IMG/VR virus record: IMGVR_UViG_3300030012_002828
Coordinates: 1 to 64,000 of that record
Reading direction: 5' to 3' (one strand)
DNA: 64,000 nucleotides
DNA from: a virus
The notes under the pieces were generated by a model that searched no databases, was not told where the DNA came from, and saw only the letters and a program-made list of their open reading frames with translations. This document shows, in pieces, positions 58,050 through 64,000 of this stretch (its first letter is position 1; every line of letters begins with the position of its first letter). Made by a program: the position numbers and the translations under genes.

Positions 58050-58090
58050 AAAAAAAGCGGGGCATAGCCGTTTTTACACGACTACACCCC
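58050..58090 (-). terminator. 13-bp hairpin plus U-tract ending the replication operon
   Basis: Minus strand GGGGUGUAGUCGU-GUAAAA-ACGGCUAUGCCCC pairs fully using 3 G-U pairs, then GC-UUUUUUU. Confidence 0.8.
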
Positions 58091-58110
58091 AAATTTTTAT
58101 TACTCAAACC

Positions 58111-58716
58111 TTACCAATTAACTTGCAACTCACCAAATTCATTTTCTACTTCATCGAAGTATTTTACTATACCATTTTCTTGCCCATATTTCCACAAATC
58201 ATATGTTAATTGTGAATCTTTTAAACAATAATCTACCACTTCATCATATTCTCCTGCTTTCCATTTTACAACAGAATCAATACTACTCATATTTTTCTGG
58301 TCACCTATACTACATTTTACTAAATTATCTAAGTGAATTCTTTTACCATGCTCTTTTACTAAATACGCACTTGTATCTATACATCTATTTGATTTATCTT
58401 CCAAATATTTTCTTACAATATAAATATCCATAGAATCTCTAAGTACAGGTAAATCAAAAGCATTAATATTATGCCCTAATAAAATACCACCTTTTTGAAA
58501 ATGGTCATCTAAATCAAACTTAAGTTCTCTTAATGATTTGATTTCTACATCTGTACCTTTTTTTAGTTCACTTAATGGTTCATCTACATAGATAATCCCT
58601 TTATTTCCATCCCATGTTGTTACACACGCAACTTTAAATAAATGAGTATTACCCCATCCACCAATCTCATAACTTAAATTTTTTGTTTCTATATCAAACG
58701 ATAAAATATTACTCAT
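58111..58716 (-). CDS. RNase H-like DEDD 3'-5' exonuclease
   Basis: SFDIET, GHNINAFDLPVL and YCLKDS motifs. Confidence 0.88.
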   Translation of the reverse strand: MSNILSFDIETKNLSYEIGGWGNTHLFKVACVTTWDGNKGIIYVDEPLSELKKGTDVEIKSLRELKFDLDDHFQKGGILLGHNINAFDLPVLRDSMDIYIVRKYLEDKSNRCIDTSAYLVKEHGKRIHLDNLVKCSIGDQKNMSSIDSVVKWKAGEYDEVVDYCLKDSQLTYDLWKYGQENGIVKYFDEVENEFGELQVNW

Positions 58717-60235
58717 CTTTTTCCACCTTTAATTTTACATATGTCTGCGTTTTTCGCACTTCTTCAAAAATATGTTTTACACTTTGCCAATGACGATAAA
58801 ATTTATTTCTTCCACATTGTTCATTCTTTCTAAAAGACTCAATCATTAACTTCTTATCTACCCAACCATTAGTGCCATTAACTTTAACTTTGGGGTTTGT
58901 TGAGTTATAAGCAGCGATATACATTTTTTCATTATTTTTATCCGAGAATCTTTTTGGTCTCTTTTTTAGTTTTTCTGTAAACCAACTTGTTATTGAGTCA
59001 AAAGATTCGTCTGTTAATTGCCTCCCTTGTTTAATATGTTTAGCAGTTATCTTTGGACTTCTTTCTGAAATTGCACATAAAGCGGCCGCAATACATATGT
59101 TATTAATCATGTTCATAAGGAAGGTATTTAACGCTTCGTATATGGAATCATCAAAAGTATTCATATATTTTTTCATTCCACGCCATACATTCTTTAATGC
59201 TTTTTGACCATCTTCAGTCCATACTACAACTTTTCTTTTATCACCATCAACTGTATCTAATCTTTCTTGAACCCATCTATAAGTATTATAAAGCATCTCA
59301 GAAAATTCTTCATGATAAACTGCCGAGCCATCTTCGTCTTCTAAAATTTCTCCAACCATATCAATATAGTCTTCTTCCATTTGTGCTCTTAAAGATTCAG
59401 GAACATCTCTAACATAAAGCCACATTCTTTGAAATACACCTTTTGTTAGAATAACTTTTTCTAATCCTTCAGGTGGTAATGTTGTAGCCCATAAACTTCT
59501 TTGTGAATCAACAATTAAATCTTTACCCCATTCAGTTAGTCTTTTCTTAATTAGATGACTCTTAGAATCTAAACGATTCATAAACTTTTGAAATAACATA
59601 ACGGTTTCTTGCTTGTGTTGTGACTCCTTAAAAATACCAGAATGTTCAAACTCATCAAAGGCAATAATACCACTTCCGTATAAACTACCATAAATTGTTT
59701 TATCTTCAAACTCAGGTATATCGTAATCATCATCTTCTCTTGCATCTTGTCTATTATAGTCAGGATTAGGAACATTCATTTTCATAGTGCCTAATAGTGC
59801 TTGGTCAGTAAAACTATCAGGGTTATTCAATGTAAATTGTTTAACACCCGATAGTGGTAAATTATTTCTTGTTGTTGGGTAAGAATTAATTAATTCAAAG
59901 GTTCTTTCCCATACAGGTTGCAAGAAATCAAACATTGTTGTTTTACCACTTCTTGAAGTTTGAATCCAACAATAGTGTATTCTTGGGTCTAACGCTAATC
60001 TACCAATTGGAACTCTTACTATATCTTTTAATATCTGCCCTAAAGATACAAAATAAGACATCTTTGCCGAATAATCATTGTATAGTGAAAACTCACCTAC
60101 TACATTTTTCCATCTTATAACATCTTTAGGTAATTCAATTTTCTTTGAGCGTATAACTTCTAAACTACTATCATCAGTAACCTTAATCATCGCTTCATAT
60201 AATTCCCATTCATCTACATTTAAATCTTCTGCCAT
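58709..60235 (-). CDS. P-loop AAA+ ATPase, probable divergent MCM-like replicative helicase
   Basis: Walker A TSRSGKTT, Walker B IAFDEFE, arginine-finger-like GVFQR, C-terminal wHTH-like region. Confidence 0.65.
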   Translation of the reverse strand: MAEDLNVDEWELYEAMIKVTDDSSLEVIRSKKIELPKDVIRWKNVVGEFSLYNDYSAKMSYFVSLGQILKDIVRVPIGRLALDPRIHYCWIQTSRSGKTTMFDFLQPVWERTFELINSYPTTRNNLPLSGVKQFTLNNPDSFTDQALLGTMKMNVPNPDYNRQDAREDDDYDIPEFEDKTIYGSLYGSGIIAFDEFEHSGIFKESQHKQETVMLFQKFMNRLDSKSHLIKKRLTEWGKDLIVDSQRSLWATTLPPEGLEKVILTKGVFQRMWLYVRDVPESLRAQMEEDYIDMVGEILEDEDGSAVYHEEFSEMLYNTYRWVQERLDTVDGDKRKVVVWTEDGQKALKNVWRGMKKYMNTFDDSIYEALNTFLMNMINNICIAAALCAISERSPKITAKHIKQGRQLTDESFDSITSWFTEKLKKRPKRFSDKNNEKMYIAAYNSTNPKVKVNGTNGWVDKKLMIESFRKNEQCGRNKFYRHWQSVKHIFEEVRKTQTYVKLKVEKDE

Positions 60236-60918
60236 TAATAACTCACCTCTTTTTCCGAATTTAATGCCTTTAGAATATGGTATGCGGTTTTATTACCAAT
60301 TCCTTTTATCTTAGTTATATCTTGAATATCGGCCATTGATATTTCTGCAATACTTCCAAAGGACTTTAATAGGGCTTTTGCTTTTTCTACTGAAACACCC
60401 TTTATTTCAGATAGCACATCTACTCTTACATCGTCTGTTCTTATTTTTTTTGGTAATTCTTTGTGTATAATTAATTCTTTATCTATATGTTCTGTTGTTG
60501 CTAATATTAAATGAGCCGCAGTTCTATAACTATCTACCCATATAGGTTTAACATCTGTATGTAGGGCAATAGAAGTTATAGCACCTACAAACATTTTCTT
60601 TAGTTTAGTTCTCCAACTCATTGAATTATAATTTGTTCTATGTAAATATTCTAATGCATCGTCTAATGTTCCGTATATTAATATTATATTTTTATTATAT
60701 GTCCTATCCATATTATCTAATTGATTAAATAATCTTTTATTTCTTACAGATTGTAAAAAGTCTGCGGCTGACTTTGCTTCTATACAACAATCACCTACAA
60801 TATAATCTCCAATCTCTAACCATTTCTTTTCTGTTTTAATTTTTGCTTTATTTGCTATTGTTTCTAATGTTCTACTTAGTTGTGAATCTTCTCTACTATC
60901 AATAATTATCATGACCAT
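60235..60918 (-). CDS. ERCC4/XPF (Hef-like) structure-specific nuclease with HhH motifs
   Basis: IIDSRE, GDY, IEAKSAADF, RLFNQ; C-terminal IKGVS and IKGIG HhH motifs. Confidence 0.9.
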   Translation of the reverse strand: MVMIIIDSREDSQLSRTLETIANKAKIKTEKKWLEIGDYIVGDCCIEAKSAADFLQSVRNKRLFNQLDNMDRTYNKNIILIYGTLDDALEYLHRTNYNSMSWRTKLKKMFVGAITSIALHTDVKPIWVDSYRTAAHLILATTEHIDKELIIHKELPKKIRTDDVRVDVLSEIKGVSVEKAKALLKSFGSIAEISMADIQDITKIKGIGNKTAYHILKALNSEKEVSY

Positions 60919-61954
60919 ACCTCCAACATTTTCCTATACAAAGTCCTTCTTCAATTAAAGTATTACAATTAGGTGACATATATCTTCCATCTACAATAAA
61001 CCTTACATGTTTTCTTGTTTCATTTGGATTATAATCTATCCATGTATCTTCATTAGATGCTATTGTTTTGATTTCATTTTCAATAATTGCTTTAATATCT
61101 TCCAAAGCATTACCTGTAATATCTCTTGGCTTACAATCTAAATTATCTTTTACTACTGTTAGTTCGGATAAAAACTCATTATACCATTGTACTAATAACA
61201 CTCTTGCTCTATGATTAGGATTTTCAGACATAACAGCATTTTTTAAACAAGGTAATATTGGTAAATCACCCGGACTATCAACACTATCAATTTCTATATC
61301 TGCTGTTTCCATTCTTTTAACTTCAGGCCATTTAACTAATGTCTTACCATAATAAACAGGTTTTATTTTTCTTTTGCCTTCTTTTGACAGTTTATATATT
61401 GTGGGCAACCCCGCAAGTAAATCTTCATGAGTAATGGGAATACACCAACGATTCGCTTTTAGGTGAAAGGTATTTTGTATTCTTCTGAGTCTACTCGTAT
61501 TAATAACAACTGTATCAAGATAAGGACTTCTATTTACAACATCATAACAGATATTAAAAAATGCTTTAACTTGTCTAAATGTTCTTGCTACATTACCATA
61601 TACAAATATGTGAAAACCTCTACCAGAAAAAGATATATTGTGTTTATAGTCTTTTTCTAATAACCAATTATGCATTCTCAATACATCTTGATATAACTTA
61701 GGCATAGATTCTTCATCACCATGAGCATCAAAGTCAAGAAATATTCTGTCAATAATAATAGAATACTCTAATCCCCTATTAGGAGTAAAGTGTTTATAAT
61801 CATACACCGATGTAAAAAGATTCATCTTACCATTATACATTTGTATAAAGTTTCTATATTCTTCTTCGTTTTTTACAACTATTCTTGAGGCTTCTCTTGC
61901 TTTATTTCTTAAACTACCTGCCCACATTTCTCTCGGAAAATACATTTTTATCAC
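60899..61954 (-). CDS. priS: Archaeo-eukaryotic primase catalytic subunit fused to a PriL-like Cys-rich C-terminal domain
   Basis: FLDFD, FSGRGFH, RLRR; C-terminal LPC..H.AR..YMSPNC..LC..KC. Confidence 0.88.
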   Translation of the reverse strand: MIKMYFPREMWAGSLRNKAREASRIVVKNEEEYRNFIQMYNGKMNLFTSVYDYKHFTPNRGLEYSIIIDRIFLDFDAHGDEESMPKLYQDVLRMHNWLLEKDYKHNISFSGRGFHIFVYGNVARTFRQVKAFFNICYDVVNRSPYLDTVVINTSRLRRIQNTFHLKANRWCIPITHEDLLAGLPTIYKLSKEGKRKIKPVYYGKTLVKWPEVKRMETADIEIDSVDSPGDLPILPCLKNAVMSENPNHRARVLLVQWYNEFLSELTVVKDNLDCKPRDITGNALEDIKAIIENEIKTIASNEDTWIDYNPNETRKHVRFIVDGRYMSPNCNTLIEEGLCIGKCWRYGHDNY

Positions 61955-61961
61955 CTTTCAT

Positions 61962-62441
61962 TTATCTCATTCCTCTTTTACGCATTTCTTCGTCTGTTAA
62001 TTGTTTAGTATCTAATTTTATTCTATCTTTTAAAGTAACTATCTTCTCATTTTCGTCAGAACCGTCTTCAAGTCTTTCCAACTCTCCTTCCAATTCTTCT
62101 TCCATTTCTTTATTAATTTCTTCAATTGGTTCATCATTAAAATTCACCGTTGCTGTTTTTAAATACTTTGCTAATTTAGCAGTAATCCATTCTTCTAATT
62201 TATCAAATGTTCTATTATATATTGCTTTAGCAAAAGACATTTCACCTTTTGGTAAATCTGTATCACAAATAATAAAATACTTAGTTTCTATATCCATACC
62301 AGATATTAATTCTTTTGCTAATTCTGAAACAATATCTTCTTTGTTAATAATATCAGTTAGAGTCCATTGTCTTTCCATTATTTTATCTTCTATAACACCA
62401 CTTTTATAAAAATCTTCACCTGCATTAGAACCAATCGTCAT
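61962..62441 (-). CDS. Acidic hypothetical protein
   Basis: Likely start ATG 62441 (MTIGSNAG) after a GGAGG RBS. Confidence 0.65.
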   Translation of the reverse strand: MTIGSNAGEDFYKSGVIEDKIMERQWTLTDIINKEDIVSELAKELISGMDIETKYFIICDTDLPKGEMSFAKAIYNRTFDKLEEWITAKLAKYLKTATVNFNDEPIEEINKEMEEELEGELERLEDGSDENEKIVTLKDRIKLDTKQLTDEEMRKRGMR

Positions 62442-63303
62442 TTTGAGAACCTCCATCTGCCGCTTCACAATGGTCATAATGACCACAATGAATACACTTC
62501 TTATAGAAATATGAAGCCTTAAACTCTTCTTCTAAATATGAGTTAATTAATTTTTCAAAGGATGCTTTAACTGCGGTTTCTGAACGCTTAGAAACTTTTT
62601 CAGCATATACATAATTACTTGCTGGATAATACCAAGCCCAATGTGTAAAAGGAATTTCAGGGTCTAAACCAAAACTTCTAATTTGTTCGGGGTCAGCATT
62701 CTCAAATAGTATTTTATAAAAAGCCATTTCTTTACGCATTGTTGTTTTCTTAGAATCCTTCCATGCGCCTGTTTTTAATTCCATAGGAATATAACCATCA
62801 TCCTCAAAAAATAATCTATCTATTATTCCTTGTAAATGTACTTCAATACCTGATTCTGTTGTATATCTTGCATCTAACATTATTTCATTTCCTACCGGAA
62901 TAAATGTATCAAGTGTTTCTTCATGATGACATTCGATAAATCTTTCAGTATTATAGGCAGACATGGCTGTGTATAATTCCTCATAATCTTCTTTGTCTGT
63001 TTCGGGATATAAACTACGAAAATGTTTCTGTAATTTCATGGGTTCTTCTATATATTTTAAAGCATCCTCTATCTTTACTATTTTCCAAAAATCTTCTTGG
63101 GCATTGTGTACAATTGTTCCTTTAATCATAGCAGGACTTGTTTTTTGTTTTATATCGTCAATATATCCATACTTATAATTAAGATTACAAAACCCATAAC
63201 TACCAATAGAAGATTTAGTAATCTTCAGTATAGGAGGTTTTCCATCTGTATTTGCTTCCCACTTATATGTGTATTCTCCATTTTCTTTTCTCATTCTAAA
63301 CAC
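62425..63303 (-). CDS. Cas4-like PD-(D/E)xK exonuclease
   Basis: GTIVH, LQGIIDR, ELKTG; N-terminal Cys plus C-terminal CxxC..C Fe-S ligands. Confidence 0.88.
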   Translation of the reverse strand: MFRMRKENGEYTYKWEANTDGKPPILKITKSSIGSYGFCNLNYKYGYIDDIKQKTSPAMIKGTIVHNAQEDFWKIVKIEDALKYIEEPMKLQKHFRSLYPETDKEDYEELYTAMSAYNTERFIECHHEETLDTFIPVGNEIMLDARYTTESGIEVHLQGIIDRLFFEDDGYIPMELKTGAWKDSKKTTMRKEMAFYKILFENADPEQIRSFGLDPEIPFTHWAWYYPASNYVYAEKVSKRSETAVKASFEKLINSYLEEEFKASYFYKKCIHCGHYDHCEAADGGSQNDDWF

Positions 63304-63332
63304 CTTTTCTACATTTTTATTTGGGAGGATTT

Positions 63333-63806
63333 TTATTTCACTTTTTTTAGTTCGTCAATTAATTGACTTGCCCCCTGTCGGGTAAGTCCTTCAGGTATAT
63401 CTCCACCCAATTTTTTGATATACTTGACTTGATTTTCTGTCGGTTCTTTATCTGCATTTTCTTTAGATACTCTTGATGTAGAGTTTTCTAAATTAGTTCT
63501 TAGCATAGAAGCCGTAGTTAAGTCGTGACACGCTTTACATAATTCAACAACATTAGACCTTGCACTAATTAAGTGTATTAGTCCTTCTTTTTTACATTTA
63601 TGTTGTGAAATAATATGATGCCATTCGGTATAACCATCTGGTGCAGGTTCTAAACAAATACTACAAATGCCTGTTTTAACCCAAAGACTTTCTTCTTCGG
63701 CTTGTAACTTGGCAATTTTTTCTTCAGCCTTGTTATATTTTTCTTCCAACTTTTCCATTTCATTTTTCAATTTCTTTATTTCCTTAATATTACTTTGTTC
63801 TCTCAA
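63333..63806 (-). CDS. HNH endonuclease-like protein with N-terminal coiled coil
   Basis: CSIC..EWHHII..NVVELCKACH; C-terminal PTENQVKYIKKLG..ASQLIDEL module. Confidence 0.8.
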   Translation of the reverse strand: MREQSNIKEIKKLKNEMEKLEEKYNKAEEKIAKLQAEEESLWVKTGICSICLEPAPDGYTEWHHIISQHKCKKEGLIHLISARSNVVELCKACHDLTTASMLRTNLENSTSRVSKENADKEPTENQVKYIKKLGGDIPEGLTRQGASQLIDELKKVK

Positions 63807-63807
63807 A

Positions 63808-63999
63808 TTACCACCAACTATCTAATGTTGTTTGTCTACCATCATTGGCTATCGCTGATAAATCCCACCTTAGAGATTCATATATTAGACTAACCTTTTT
63901 GCTTATTTCTGATTCGGCAAGTCTAACCCAATTAATCGGAAAGTTATCTATAACTTCGTCTAATTTTTTAAATGCAATATAATCTACATTTCTTATTCT
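63808..63999 (-). CDS. polB: C-terminal fragment of a probable family B DNA polymerase (continues beyond the window)
   Basis: Hand translation ..INWVRLAESEISKKVSLIYESLRWDLSAIANDGRQTTLDSWW*; terminal PIP box as in archaeal PolB. Catalytic motifs are not visible. Confidence 0.65.
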   Translation of the reverse strand, partial: RIRNVDYIAFKKLDEVIDNFPINWVRLAESEISKKVSLIYESLRWDLSAIANDGRQTTLDSWW

Positions 64000-64000
64000 T

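Noticed and set aside
58028-58433. Plus-strand ORFs 58028-58231 and 58203-58433
   Set aside because: They cross the terminator or lie antisense to the DEDD exonuclease.
566-61660. Many short ORFs antisense to or nested in long genes (e.g. 9391-9747, 15564-15974, 36470-36970, 59197-59412)
   Set aside because: They are shadow frames of AT-rich coding sequence (Ser/Leu/Phe-rich), have no RBS and conflict with the operon direction.
62425-63303. Cas4-like gene as evidence of CRISPR-Cas
   Set aside because: No other cas genes and no repeat-spacer array seen; stand-alone Cas4-like nucleases are common in archaeal viruses.
1-64000. Alternative genetic code, tRNA or rRNA genes
   Set aside because: All three stop codons end genes with tight packing under the standard code. 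Intergenic gaps are short and I saw no cloverleaf, though no tRNA scan was run.

Overview
This AT-rich window comes from a tailed dsDNA virus of archaea. The gene set (HK97-type prohead protease and major capsid protein, ATP-dependent DNA ligase inside the head module, AEP primase, ERCC4/XPF nuclease, Cas4-like nuclease, PolB ending in a PCNA-binding PIP box) and the GGTGA ribosome-binding sites best fit a magrovirus-like virus of marine group II Euryarchaeota (Poseidoniales); this is recognition from memory, not a database result. The + strand (1-58040) holds about 20 kb of accessory genes, then terminase, LAGLIDADG protein, portal, ligase, protease/scaffold, capsid, neck, tail tube, a frameshifted tail chaperone, tape measure, hub and fibres. 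The - strand (58111-64000) holds a convergent replication module. The main unexplained signal is a peptide code. More than a dozen unrelated proteins start with, contain or end with a tag like M-S-W-[EK]-[DN]-I-L-K. The tag resembles the C-terminus of the protease/scaffold (MSWEEINDLV) and ends in a hydrophobic-x-K|A/S/G motif also seen near the capsid N-terminus (SLIK|A). In addition, seven ~190-260 aa hypervariable cassettes share a K|[SN]QI.I.[RK]Q..[RK]T.[RK].PLPEK..C leader, and several are chained into polyproteins. My inference is a capsid-targeting and protease-release system that loads swappable cargo into the virion. This is untested.
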